A stretch of DNA of 64,000 bases from Octopus vulgaris. Lineage: Eukaryota. Below are positions 36,233 to 50,011 of this stretch, piece by piece (position 1 is the first letter of the stretch; each line of letters starts with the position of its first letter). The notes beneath the pieces were generated by a model that saw nothing but the letters and a program-made list of their open reading frames with translations, searched no databases and had not been told where the DNA came from. The DNA is taken from positions 9,424,001 to 9,488,000 of the forward strand of contig OX597839.1 in assembly GCA_951406725.2 (NCBI GenBank). Direction: 5' to 3'. The position numbers were made by a program, and so were the translations under genes.

Positions 36233-38401
36233 ATATATATATGTGTGTGTGATTGATTAATCAATTTTAATCGGCAGAAATTATAAAACTAGTCGAAAGA
36301 TGAGCTTCGTGCATGGCCCTTATTAACTAACACTCGAGTCATTTCGTAACATCGTTTCCCGATCAAATATATTTGCAATGTTTGTGTGTGTGTGTGTTTG
36401 GTGTATTTAAAAATCCAATATACATTTATATAGCTTCCGATGTGTATTTATAATAAGTATCCGTATACATGCGCGTATAAAGTGGTGTGTATACCGAAGT
36501 ATCCATACGCATGTATGTATGTATGTATGTATATATGCTTGGTAAGTGGAAAATCCTATACACATGTATGTTTGGTGTGCATGCATAATGTATTCGGATA
36601 TAAAATCTTTACACATGTGTATATAGTCGGTGTACATGTGTGCTTAAGAGCTAATACACACGTGTTTGTGTGTATGTGTGTGCGTGATTCCTTAGACAGG
36701 TGTATATAGATTTGGTGTATATATTTGATGTGTCTATGTAAGAACCCAGACGTGTGTATATATATGATCAGAGTACGTATAAAGAATCTATTTACATGTA
36801 TGATCGTGTTTGGTGAGTGAACATAGATGTTTGAAGCGTATATTTATATCTATACATGTAATACATTTGGTGTGTGTGTATATAAATCCAAATACGTTTT
36901 ATACGCTTCGTATGCCTGCTGTGTGTATATTTAAGAAACCATACATATGCATGTGTATATGATTCATATACCTTCAGCGTATGTATCACATAGATATAAT
37001 GTTGTTCTAGTTATTTAACCCTAGGTCATCGCTGAAACTGCGTCCTTATTTAAAGCGATGGGGATATGATTTAATGGGGATCTGGCTGCTATTTCTAGCA
37101 TGTTTGAGCGATAGAGAAGCTTGCTTCTGGCCGATCTGTATATGTTTGGTGCGTGTTTAAGAAACCAAACACATGTAAGTGTACCATGTTTTTGTGTGTA
37201 TTTTGCGTTAGCACAGACTATAGGCAAATGTGTGTAGATAAGTTGGAGGCCTGTGTGTATATATATATATCTATATATAACTATATATATAGATATATAC
37301 ACATCATACATACGTACAAGTAAATAGACGAGCGGATGTGCGCACGCGAGTGTGTAATGTACATTATCAGCGCGTGTGTGTAGAGCACATTTGTATGTAA
37401 ATATATGAATGCTAAGGTGGAAATCACAAATTCGGTCACCTCGTGCATGTCATCATGTTGAGAATTATGTGTGCATCACTTTTGAAGAAACTCTTCTCAT
37501 TTTTTTATTTACACACATACACAAAATCACTACGTTTAGTCTCTCTGCCTTTTCTCTCTCTCTCTCTCTCTCTTTCTATTTCTCACTCTCAGTTTCTATC
37601 TTTCACTTTTTCTCACCCTCTCTCTCTGTCCTTCTATCCTTCCATCTATCTATCACCCTCTCTTTCTCTCTCTCTCTCTCTCTCTGATAGTCTCTTACTC
37701 TCACTTTTCCCTTGAACCGAACCTTATTTTTTTATTTTCGCTCTACCTTACGATCATGTTTTAAGAATAAAATCTCTGATCCGTATGATTTTTGACCAAA
37801 TATTTCAATAAGATATTACCTTGAGGTGTCCCGCTCATTGCCAGTTCACTTGAATAAACGTTTGGTAGTGATTAAAATAGTTAAAAATCAACGAATTCGT
37901 AGAGCTTTCAGCGTGTACACACCACAACTACCGCCATGATATACCAATGGCGGATGAGAAGGGGAAATCAAGTCAGCACCAAAGATAATAAATGTTTTGG
38001 TTTACGTTTCACTCTCTCTACCTATCTATTTCTCTTTATTTACCTCTCTCGTTCTCTAAGTATCTATCTATCATTATTTCTCTCTCTCTGTTTATCCATC
38101 TTTCTTCATTTTCGCTCTCTCCCTCTCTCTCTCTTTCTGTCTCTCTCTTTCTCTCTCTCTCTCACTCTGCGTATCGATCACATTTGTTTCTCTATCAATC
38201 TTCATTTCTCCATCTATCTTTATTTCTCTTCTCTCTATATATTCATTCATCTATCATTATTTCTCTCTCTTTATCCATCTACCTATCATTATCTCTCTCT
38301 CTCTCTTTATCCATCTACCTATCATTATTTCTCTCTCTCTCTCTTTATCCATCTACCTATCATTATTTCACTCTTTCTCTCTATATCCATCTACCTATCA
38401 T

Positions 38402-38440
<39 letters not shown>

Positions 38441-39383
38441 ATCCATCTACCTATCATTATTTCACTCTCTCTCTCTTTATCCATCTACCTATCATTACTT
38501 CACTCTCTTTCTCTCTATATCCATCTACCTATCATTACTTCTCTCTCTGTCCCTCTCTATCTATATCTACCTATCTATATTTTATCTCTCTACTTAACTC
38601 TTTTTCTTTCACTTTCAATTTATTCCTGTTTCTTTCCTTTCCTCTTTTTTTCGTTTTCTCCACGAACCTGTATTTTTCCCCCTCTCTCTCTATTTCATTC
38701 TTACTCTCTTTCTATCACTGTATAAATTTATGCCTAGTTCTTCCTCTTTTTATTTCAGTTTTTAAATCCCTTTCGAGCTCCCCTCCTCTCTCTCTCTCTC
38801 TCTCTCTCTATCATACTTCTTCCAGTTTATCATTTATACCTTTCCTCTCACATTTTATCTTTCTATCTCAATTTTACTCTCTATTTCTCTTTTCATCTCT
38901 TTCTCTCTCTGTCTTTCACTTTTCATTTCTATCTCTCTCTTTCTCTTTTCATCTCTCTCTCTCTGTCTTTCTCTTTTCATCTCTCTATCTCTCTCTGTCT
39001 TTCTCTTTTCATCTCTCTATCTCTGTCTTTCGCTTTCCATTTCTATTTCTCTCTCTCTGTCTTTCTCTTTTCATCTTTATCTCTCTCTCTCTTTCTTTCC
39101 TTTTGTATTTTTCTTCTGTTTATTCTTCTCTCTATTTCTCTCTATCCCCCATTCATGTCACTCTACATCACTTTTTCCCATCTATTCTCTGTCTCTTTCT
39201 CTCGCTCTCTACCACATGTCTTCACTCTATTCCACAAATTTCCATACCATATCTTTTCTCTGTCTTTCCTTCTCACGCCTTTATACTTTCTCTACAGTTT
39301 CCATCATACTTTCTTGTATATATCCATTTTTCTTCTCTTTTTCACACTTTTTCACTCTTTCCTCCTTATATCACTATCCTCTT

Positions 39384-39419
<36 letters not shown>

Positions 39420-39737
39420 TCTCGCTCTCATTCTCTCATTCCACACACTCTCACCCGTATATATCACTATTTCTTCTTGCATAATTCTCTCTTTCTTTAT
39501 CACTATCCTTATTTTCACTATCTACCTCTTTCACTATCTCCCTCTTTCACTATCTCCCTCTTTCACTATTGCCTCTTGTTTCTTCCTTTTGGAATAGCTT
39601 TCTCTTTCTCGTCTATCTTTCTTCCAGTCTTTTTCTATCTTTCTTTCACTTATACTTCGTTTGACTTATTCCTCTATAATATACACTATATTCAAACTCA
39701 TTACCTCTCTTTTGTTCAACTACTCCTCGACTTCCTA

Positions 39738-39783
<46 letters not shown>

Positions 39784-39972
39784 ATATACATTTATATATA
39801 TATATATATATGTGTTTGTATTTGTGTGCATGAATGGATAGATGTTTATACATGCATGTGTGTGTTTGCATGTAAACACGTGTGAACGAGAGAAATATAT
39901 ATATATATATGTGTGTGTGTGTGTATGTATATATATATATACACACATATATGTATATATATATACATATAT

Positions 39973-40005
<33 letters not shown>

Positions 40006-40191
40006 CATATATATACATATATATGTATATGTATATATATATGTATATATTTGTGTGTGTGTGTGTATGATTCCGCCGAAAAATGTGTGTATGATACACA
40101 AACGTATTCATGCACATACATATTGCATCGTGTATTCCTTGTCTATCATTCGGTTTTGTAGCTCTATCTATCTATCTATCTAGCTATCTAG

Positions 40192-40225
<34 letters not shown>

Positions 40226-40250
40226 GTCTATCTATCTATCTACCTATCTT

Positions 40251-40297
<47 letters not shown>

Positions 40298-40867
40298 CTC
40301 TATCGGTATATCTATCTACCTATCTGTCTATCTATCTACCTATCTTTCTATCTATCTGTCTATCTATCTATCTACCTATCTTTCTATCTATCTATCTGTC
40401 CAGCTGTCTGTCTATGTCTGCTTACATTTTCTTGTAAGACACTGTTACCGAGGTGCTGGCTCCTCCCCCACCTTACGTCATAATCTCTCACTCTTTCTCT
40501 CTTACTCTCTCTCTCTCTCTCTCTCTTTTTCTCCCTCTCGTTCCTCTATTCTCACTTTCATTTTGATTTTCGAATGTCTTTTACGCACATACATACACCG
40601 TTTCCTCCCTTTCATTACCTGACACTCGTTCTTTGCTGTATCTCTCCCTCTTTCTCACTCCTTCTCTGTGTCTCTCTCTCACTCTCTCTCTCTCACCCTT
40701 ACACATACCCGCAACCACTCATCGACTAAGCAGACGACAAGTGAAAAAAACAACGTGCGTTTGTATACAGATAGATGTGTGAGTGCATGTATATATATAT
40801 ATATATACACATATATATATACACGCAAGCACACACATATATATACATGCATACATATATATATCTA

Positions 40868-40919
<52 letters not shown>

Positions 40920-40937
40920 TTTATAAATATACATATA

Positions 40938-40980
<43 letters not shown>

Positions 40981-41096
40981 TTATATATATATACGTACTT
41001 ATATATGTATATATCGTCTTCTAAATGTTTCACGTTCTTGTCCCAGTTTGTATTTTTTTACATTTACATATATATATATATGTGTGTGTGTGTGCG

Positions 41097-41129
<33 letters not shown>

Positions 41130-41264
41130 GTACATACATATATATTTACATATATATATAAGTATATGTATAGTTGGAATTTACAAAAAAAAAAAACAAT
41201 AGACAAAGACGGGTGTGTAAACAACGAAAGATGTATTAGTTTGACACTTGGGAAGTGAGAAAGT

Positions 41265-41300
41265 CTTTTACATTTCGAGCCTACGCTCTTCAACAGAAAG
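41265..41300 (-). ncRNA. Hammerhead-like motif variant in a related Penelope-type repeat (41175-41345)
   Basis: Reverse complement CTTT-CTGTTGA-A-GAGC gtag GCTC-GAAAT-GTA-AAAG; helix I CTTT/AAAG covaries with GTTT/AAAC of the 4471 copy. Confidence 0.6.
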
Positions 41301-41499
41301 CAATACAGAAATAAATAGAGAGAAAATAGAAAAAAGTTGAGTGGCTATATATATACATATAAATGTATGTATATATACACACATATACATTTTACATATT
41401 TACATATATATACATACATACACACGTATGTACACGTATATATACGTATATATTTACATATATATATACATATACATATATATACGTATGTACATATAT

Positions 41500-41731
41500 A
41501 TTTCTCTATTGCCCACAAGGGGCTACACACAGAGGGGACAAACAAGGCCAGACGAACGGATTAAGTCGATTACAGCGACCCCAGTGCGTAACTGGTACTT
41601 AATTTATCGACCCCGAAAGGATGAAAGGCAAAGTCGACCTCGGCGGAATTTGAACTCAGAACGTAACGGCAGACGAAATACGGCTACGCATTTCGCCCGG
41701 CGCGCTAACGCTTCTGCCAGCTCGCCGCCTT
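41500..41731 (-). mobile_element. SINE family A (CpG-intact)
   Basis: Full-length match. Confidence 0.92.
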
Positions 41732-41865
41732 AATACGTATATATATGTGTGTATATATACGTATGTACATATATATATATATGTATGTATATATGTATGT
41801 ATGTATGTATGTATGTGTATATATATGTATATATGTGTATGTGCATATATATGTATATGTATGTA

Positions 41866-41897
<32 letters not shown>

Positions 41898-42099
41898 GTA
41901 TATACATATGGTGGTTGTCTACTCTTTATGCAGAGTTTACCATCTCTTGTACTTACACTTTAGATTATCATGGCATCTGATATATGTATACATACATACA
42001 TACATACATACATACATACATGCATACATACATACATACATACATACATACATACATACATACATACATACATACATACACACATACATACATTTTGAG

Positions 42100-42630
42100 C
42101 AGAATTATTAGTTAAAATAGATGTATGCCAAGATAACATTTCGCAGGATAGGTTTTCTCAAGCCTCCGCGGAAAACGAAGCAAAATGCCGCAACAAAAGC
42201 TACCCAAACACGTCAGGTTTTGTTTCAAATCTGCGGGACATATTTCATGAAACGAATTCTGATGCCAGAAGCTTTCGGTATACTTAAACTACAGATTTTC
42301 TAGTTGTCGTTGGTGTCGACATATGAGTGTTTAACGTTCCTGAATGTAACGAAGTACCTATTATCATATTTGGATATATGTAACAAAGAATGGGCCGAAA
42401 CAAGAATGTGAGAGTTACCTTTTTTGGGCGGTGATTTGTTTGAAGAATTTGCTAAAGTTTACTAGAACTTGAAGAAGATAGGGTACCCCTTAAAAAGTTG
42501 TATTCTTTTTGGATTCACCCGTATGCTGGCTAATATGTATGCCAAAACAAAGTCAGACAGGAAGCCCAAGATATATGTATCAGAGGATACAGGATGCCAT
42601 GACCTATGTGCGTAATTATGGACGTCGAAC
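42100..42630 (+). mobile_element. Helitron RepHel N-terminal/Rep remnants
   Basis: LRDIFHETNSDARSF; FNVPECNEVPIII; TGSPRYMYQRIQDAMTYVRNYGR. Confidence 0.8.
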
Positions 42631-42664
42631 CCAAATTGCTACCCACAGTGCTATACACGAAAAG

Positions 42665-42711
<47 letters not shown>

Positions 42712-44039
42712 ATCAAAAGGGAAATTTGTCTTTCTTTTTGTCTTGATGTTTCTACAATAATTGGCAAAACACTTCACACTAATCTGTTACATGCCAAAGT
42801 GTGTCAACAGAAAAAAAACAGCTTTGACTGTTGCTTTTTCATGTGCAAGATACAACTTTACCTCCAAGAGGAAAAACAGCCCACTCTACCTTCAAATTGC
42901 CATTGCGCTTAGCTAACAACGATACATTAGTTTGTATAATATCAAGGAGGGACAGGTATTAAAGAGATATCATCTCATTATCATCATCATCAATGATATT
43001 AATACGCTAACTTTTTGTTTTTGTATGTACCTGTTATGTGCATCACACTTGCTTCAAAGAAGTGGCAAAGTGACAGAGAGGAAGTAAGAGAGAAGGTGAG
43101 AGAGAGTGAAAGAGGCAGTGAGTGGTGACGGCGTTCGTTTTGTGTTTTTAAATGTTTATCACATCGCAAGGGAAGTAGATATATAGATACATATACACAT
43201 CAAAAGAAATATACAAATCAAAAGCAGGAGAGAAGAGGGACACAAAGGAAGTGAAAGAGGCAGAGAGAAAGTGAGAGAGACAGTAGATACATAAATCCAA
43301 AGTAAAGTTCATACATAAATACATACACACAGCAAATATTGGATGTCTATTTCACTTTTCATTACCACACGAGGATAAAATTAACTCGCAACTAGCTGAG
43401 TACTCCGCAGACATGCATAACATTAACATAGTTCTCAGGGAGATTCAGCCTCACACAGAATATGACAAGGCTGGCCCCTTTGAATTACAGCTACAACTCG
43501 AGACATATATATAAATGAATGTATTTGTGTATGGTATAGTTTAAGTTAGTTAAAACATGTTTGCAATAATAAGTGTTGCGTGGTGGAAATAAATACAATT
43601 ACCAAACTTTCATTTGTAAATCCATTTATTATTTCGTTCTTTTGCATTTCAATTTGTACATTAAGGTTCTTTGAATATGTATGATGTATTTTAAGGTTAA
43701 ATAGTGATTTTGTTTACGTTTGTGTAACTGAAATATTTTGGTAGGATTATAAAGTCATTGGTGTTTTACATTACCCTCTATATTCTGTAACTGTTTCAAT
43801 ATACTTTTCTAGACCTGTATTTTTTGTAGGGAGGGTCCAGATGATTATATCGACCACAGTACACAACTGATACTTAGTTTATTAACCCCGAAAGGACGAA
43901 AGGCAAAGTTGATCTCAGCAGAATTTGAACTCAGAACATAAAGACAGCCAATCATAATATACAAACATTTCTCATGGTACCAGTAGCCTGTTTACAGATA
44001 CTTGCATTTTTTATGTTTTCCATAAATTTTTCAAGGGTC

Positions 44040-44649
44040 CAGCTAGTTTGATATGAATGCACAATGGTGAACAAAAAGCCTTTGAAATTTCTGAATTGAA
44101 GGTAACAAGATTTAAGAAATTCTGAAGTTAATGAATGGTGCTGTTACCCTTGTACTATTAGGAGACTGTCTCCAGATTTTGCCTGTAATTCCAAAGGACA
44201 TAAGAAAGGTGAGTTAAAAGCTTACTTCACATTATCTTATTTGCGAAGACAAGTAACAAAAATGAACCTAACCTTTTGAGCGATGATTCCACTAAAGAAT
44301 TTGTTAAAAATTTATTGAAAGTAGAGTACCTCATGATAAAAATTATTGTTTAATTACATCTCTAATTAGCACATCACTTCAATGTTCGATGAAATAACAG
44401 CAAGAATATTTCCAGAATTTTGGAACCACGAGCAAAACCATTCGTACTTATATAAAGGTCAATACTTGAACTAAAAATATCACTGTCAACAGCATAAACA
44501 ATAAGCTATTGGATTGCATTTCAGGAAATAAGTACACTTGAATATTTATGGATTCACTTCCAGATATTGTAGAGACTACTAACTATGCTATTGAATTCTT
44601 AAATTCTTTAGAACCACCTGGGCTTCCACATCAACTTCTATTAAAAGTA
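44040..44649 (+). mobile_element. Helitron PIF1-like helicase remnant
   Basis: ECTMVNK; LVLLGDCLQILPVIP; NYAIEFLNSLEPPGLPHQLLLKV. Confidence 0.85.
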
Positions 44650-45191
44650 TTTAACAGCTGAAAGTTGAGTTGGTAGATAAAGCTGGTTTGAGTAAGGCTG
44701 TGTGTATAGCTAAAGGAAGAACAAGGAAACCAGGGTTAAATGCGTCGATTTATTCAACCCGTTAAAAAGTGTTAAGACAGCAAAACTGTAGAGATACATC
44801 TTGAAGGAACGATCAGAATATATACACAATGATGATGTATGCTGGATAAAACATGAAAAGCACATACAAGACATAACTTCTACTGGAGGACAGGAGCAAT
44901 GTATGCGTTAAAGGAATGGCTGAGGCTGCATGCAGAATAAAACTTTCTCTCTGCTGAAGATCCGAGCTCCACCGCACAACCCCCCTCACTGAGGAAATAG
45001 CGGGAAAAGCTTCCTTATATAGCTGAGGAAAGCATGCTTTGCTGGTCTGTCACATGATGGGGTGGAACAGCCCGTGTAAAACTAGAGGGACTTGACCAGC
45101 GCATGAGGAACCAAAATGTGGGTACTTAAAGGTAAGGAGCCAAACTGTGAAGATGCTTGCTTCAAGTAGAAGCCATATTCATACTACTACA
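44650..45191 (-). mobile_element. Probable solo LTR abutting the Helitron remnant
   Basis: Minus strand begins TGTAG, with CTATATAAG and a downstream AATAAA; no TSD found. Confidence 0.35.
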
Positions 45192-45874
45192 GAACCATGA
45201 ACATCCTCGGCTGTATAAGGACACTGGACAGTGGTTAAAAATTTAAAGCTGTTATTTTGATTGGTTGTTTTATTGGGGGAAGTGATTTTATGTAGCAGAT
45301 TCGAAACCGAATCGCTGAATGGCTGAGTAGGTGTCACCGTATAGTCATAGTCATTTGACATGATTGGCCAATTAACTAACCAATCAGCATTGAGCCGTCA
45401 CATGTTTCTACCTTCTAGAACTTTCTGATGAGGCTTATAAATATAAGCGAATTTTGGGTGTTAATTTCAGAATGTTGAGGTGTTTGCGGGGACAACTCCA
45501 TTCTCCAGCCGTTTGCAGATACAGAATGCCAAACAGTTATTTCAACAACTTCATTCTCATATTTCCATTCTCCCGCTGATCCAATAAAAGGTACAGATTT
45601 GCCGTCATGAATTTAACACATTTCTCCAGTCGTAAAAGCATAGTCACAGAGCTATACATACGAACCATTTTGTCATAGACTACAGAGTTAGTCTCTACCA
45701 ATGTGTATAAACTGTTGCTTGCATTCTTCATTCACAAACCAACACAGAAAATGCTATGTGCAGTAATTAAATTTCTGTTAATTGTTCGTAAGTGTTGTTC
45801 ATTATATACATGCAACCAACAACCCAACACAACCACAATAAAAGAAACACATCCACAACACTCAAAATATTCTT

Positions 45875-46130
45875 GGGCATGTCCGTGCCGGTGGCATGTA
45901 AAAGCACCAGCTGATACGTGGCCGTTGCCAGTCTCCCCTGGCATCTGTGCCGGTGGCACGTAAAAAGCACCCACTACACTCACGGAGTGGGTGGTGTTAG
46001 GAAGGGCATCCACCTGTAGAAACACTGCCAGATCAGACAGGAGCCTAGTGCAGCCTCCTGGCTTCCCAGACCCCGGTCGAACCGTCCAACCCATGCTAGC
46101 ATGGAAAACGGATGTTAAACGATGATGATG
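45875..46130 (+). mobile_element. RTE 3'UTR/tail copy with two internal units
   Basis: GTGCCGGTGGCA.GTAAAA twice; (GAT)n tail. Confidence 0.85.
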
Positions 46131-47475
46131 TATTTAAAAGGCTACAGTTTCCACAAAAACTCAGCTTTTGCTATAGCTATAAATGTCAGGAACAAACTAT
46201 CTGTCCTTGGGCTACAACTTAAAGAAAACTGCTTCCCTCATAGTTGTCGCAAGGTTGTTTGGTCATCATGTCGTGGTGGTTGTTGGTGTATGTTGTATTG
46301 ATGAAGACCATCATCGTGTGGTCTAGCTAGCTGCATGTATAATACAAGAAGCACCTCACCAACTTTTAACATATTTATTACTGCACATGATTTGCTACGT
46401 TGGCTGTTTATGAAAGGAAGCTGCTGATAATATAACCACTGACTGGGATGGGGAAATCGCATTGGGTCTTGTAAAGGCTAGCTGTGGTATATTATGTGTG
46501 AGTGTCTGAAGCAGTTTCTGGTTCAAAGTGGTTTCTGGTCTCAGCGATCTGCCCTCTGTGAGTGCCCAAGGTAGTCTATGTGAATGCCCAAGACTAGCTG
46601 ACTAAATTAGGTGCCAAACGGGTTTTTGTATGGTAAAAGAAGGAGAATTTTAGATCATCCGAGGAGCTATATCACGTCACAGCTTCACGCAGATTGGTCG
46701 ATGCACAGATCAATCAGGTGAAACTGTGGAGGTTTACTCATGATCCTTAAATGAATATCTGTGATTAGGGTTTGAATCCCTACAGGAATCTCCACCAGTT
46801 GATATGCGGTGTAAACGAAAGGAAGAGAATGACAGAATAGCGAAATTATATCCAATACAATATATCAACACAAGCGCAAAGAAAAAGAAGAAAGCATTGA
46901 ACACAGAATAAATGCTGAAATAAAGTTCACATAAAAATGATTAAGCAATAAGTTTGTAAGATATGAATACAGGATAATGCGTCTGCAGCAGAATATTCAG
47001 CATCTTTGATATGACAAATATATACAATAAACTGTGAAATATATTCGAGGTGTTTAATGTCTCTTGGGGAATATTTATCTGTTTTGGATTGCAATGCATA
47101 GGTTAATGGCTTATAATCAGTATAAATGGTGATGGTTCTTCCTTCCAAGAAATAGTGAAAGTGCTTTACTGAGAAATAAGCTGCTAATAACTCTCGTCCG
47201 AAAATACTGTATCTTGCTTCGGATGACTTGAAAAGTATTGAAAAAAAATAAGTGGTTGCCAGAAATTTTGGACAAACTGGTGCTGTACTCCTTCGATTCC
47301 TACGTCAGATGCATCTATGATTAGTAATAGGAGTGCATTGTCTGGTATTTGATGGGCTAGCTAGATAATTCTAAATTCTTCTTTAATGCCATTGAAAGAC
47401 TGTAATTCTTTTGGGGTTTAAGAAATAGTTTCAATTTCTAATTACGATTACACAATGATTTTGTTAGTGGATATA

Positions 47476-48026
47476 CAGGGTGTCCCCAAAAAATTGACAT
47501 CATTTGAAATGTGAATATCTGAGTAATTATATGTCCCAGGCAAACGAAAATAAATAGGCTTCATGTTGAACAATAAAATATTTATTTATCAAAATTCAAA
47601 CAAGAGATTCAGAAGGATGTAGATTTCATAACCGATTTCACAGAACTTCACAAATTTTCAATATGCACACCGCCTGTAACGTGACACATGTCAAATCGGT
47701 CGTCCAGCTCCTGCCAAACACGCCGTAGCATGTCTTGCATAACATTCTCCAGCACCTCAATGCCTCTCTGCTTGAATTCCTCTAGGCTTCTAAGAAGAGT
47801 GGGGATATAGACCAGTCCTTTCACATAGCCCTGTAGGCAAAAATCACAAGGTGACAAATCAAGTGAACGTGGTGGCCATTTCAACAGCACATTGTCATTA
47901 TCCCTGGTATATCTGATCTAAACTTGAATTGTTTTTACACATTTTGTTAAAATTTGGGATCATTTGATCAAGAATTGGCTATGTTATTAGACTCCGAAAT
48001 GATGTCAATTTTGGGCGGGGATCCTA
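47476..48026 (-). mobile_element. Tc1/mariner-superfamily deletion derivative inserted at TA in Gypsy pol
   Basis: TIR CAGGGTGTCCCCAAAAAATTGACATCATT; WPPRSLDLSPCDF; flanks rejoin to NFYRRFIPHCKESIYPLTK. Confidence 0.9.
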
Positions 48027-48869
48027 TATATAGACTCTTTACAATGCGGGATAAATCGTCTATAGAAGTTAATAAGACCGAGAAATTCTTGTTACTTCCT
48101 CAATGATGTAGGAGCAGGAATATTTGTAATCGCATCAACTTTTTCCTTCAACGGCCGAATTCCTTCTTTTAAATAATATGTCCCCAAAACGTGATAGAAG
48201 AAGCACCAAAACACATTTACTGGAGTTAATGATGACACCATACTGCGACAACCTAATAAAAAAAATTGTTTGAAACGCCGTTCATGCTGCTCTTCTGAAG
48301 GACTGGTAATCAACATGAAGTCGATATAGGCAAACAAAAAGCCTAAACCACAAGTGACTTCATCAATAAATCTCTGGAAAGTATTGGCAGCATTTCTAAA
48401 ACCAAAAGGTATTTTAAGAAATTCGAAAAGTCCGAAAGGAGCAGTTATAGCGGTTTTAGGGGCATCAGATTATAGGCACGTACTAAATCAATTTTCAAAA
48501 AAAGCAGAACAACTATGTAAAGAAGCTGAGAAATCATGAATTGGATATTTATCAGGAATAGTTTTTAGCATTCATTAATCTGTCGTCTCCACAGGGGCAC
48601 CAATGTACCTCAGTTTTCTTGGGAACCGTATGCAGTGGAGAAGACCAATTACTACAGGAAGTTCAAGTTATTCCGAGCTCCATGTGGTTAAATTCGTTCC
48701 ATGCTATTTTTAGTTTGTCTGTAGTGAGTCGTCTAGGTTGAGATGATATCCTCAATAAGGAGATCCTTTAGTGGTGATATGATACGTAACAGAATTATCA
48801 GGATTCCTATAATTAAAAATGGTATGAGTAACGTCTGGAAATTTTCTAAGAATTGTGTGGTAATGATTA

Positions 48870-49530
48870 GATGCAGGAGTGGCTGTGTGGTAAGTAGCTT
48901 GCATAAAGGCGGCAAGCTGGCAGAAACGTTAGCACGCCGGGTGAAACGCGTAGCCGTATTTCGTCTGCCGCTACGTTCTGAGTTCAAATTCTGCCGAGGT
49001 CAACTTTGCCTTTCATCCTTTCGGGGTCGATAAAATAAGTACCAGTTACACACTGGGGTCGATCTAATCGACTTAATCCGTTTGTCTGTCCTTGTTTGTG
49101 CCTCTCTATGTTTAGCCCCTTGTGGGCAGTAAAGAAATAAGTAGCTTGCTTACCAACTACACGGTTCCGGGTTCAGTCCCACTGCGTGGCACCTTGGGCA
49201 AGTGTCTTCTACTATAGCCTCGGGCCGACCAAAGCCTTGTGAGTGGATTTGGTAGACGGAAACTGAAAGAAGCCCATCGTATATATATATATATCTATAT
49301 ATGTATATATGTGTGTGTGTTTGTGTGTCTGTGTGTCTCCCCAACATCGCTTGACAACCGATGCTGGTGTGTTTACGTCCCCATTACTTAGTGGTTCGGC
49401 AAAAGAGACTGATAGGATAAGTACTAGGCTTACAAAGAATAAGTCCTGGGGTTGATTTGCTCGACTAAAAGGCGGTGCTCCAGCATGGCCGCAGTCAAAT
49501 GACTGAAACAAGTAAAAGAGAAAGAGAAAG
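48870..49530 (+). mobile_element. SINE family B with SINE family A (48907-49139) nested in its head
   Basis: TAAGTAGCTTGC duplicated around the family A copy. Confidence 0.9.
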
Positions 49531-50011
49531 AGATACAAAGAAAAAAGGACTGGCTGTAACAGATTTAATGCCCATACCCTATACTGACAAATCCATTTCA
49601 GAGTCTACCAGTTTCTTGTGTTTCAAATCTACAAGAAGACCAAAGGGATGTAAGGAATTGGCACCACTAATGGGATACAGAAGATTCGCAATCAGTAAAA
49701 TCCACTTGAACTGATGTCGCAAATTAAGGTCTACAGTCATAGATTTCTCACAGTAAGCAGGGAATAAGGAGTGTGTTAACGGCTTGCAAGGCTATCATCG
49801 TCAGTTTTCACAGTCCACATAAGAATTTTACTGGCCACATGCTACATGCTGCTCCTGTACTTACCAGGAGCCGATATTTGGAAATCGTTCTTATTGAAGA
49901 ACGCCAAAATATATAGACTTGCTTAATCCCAGGTGTTACAGTTTTCTCACTTTTGAGTGGCTAATTTGAAAGAAAATGGTTGAGTGCATCTGGGTGTGTT
50001 AGCACCACAAC

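Noticed and set aside
37936-39597. 553-aa ORF
   Set aside because: It is open only because the CT-rich strand lacks stop codons; the product is low-complexity L/S/F/Y with no domain.
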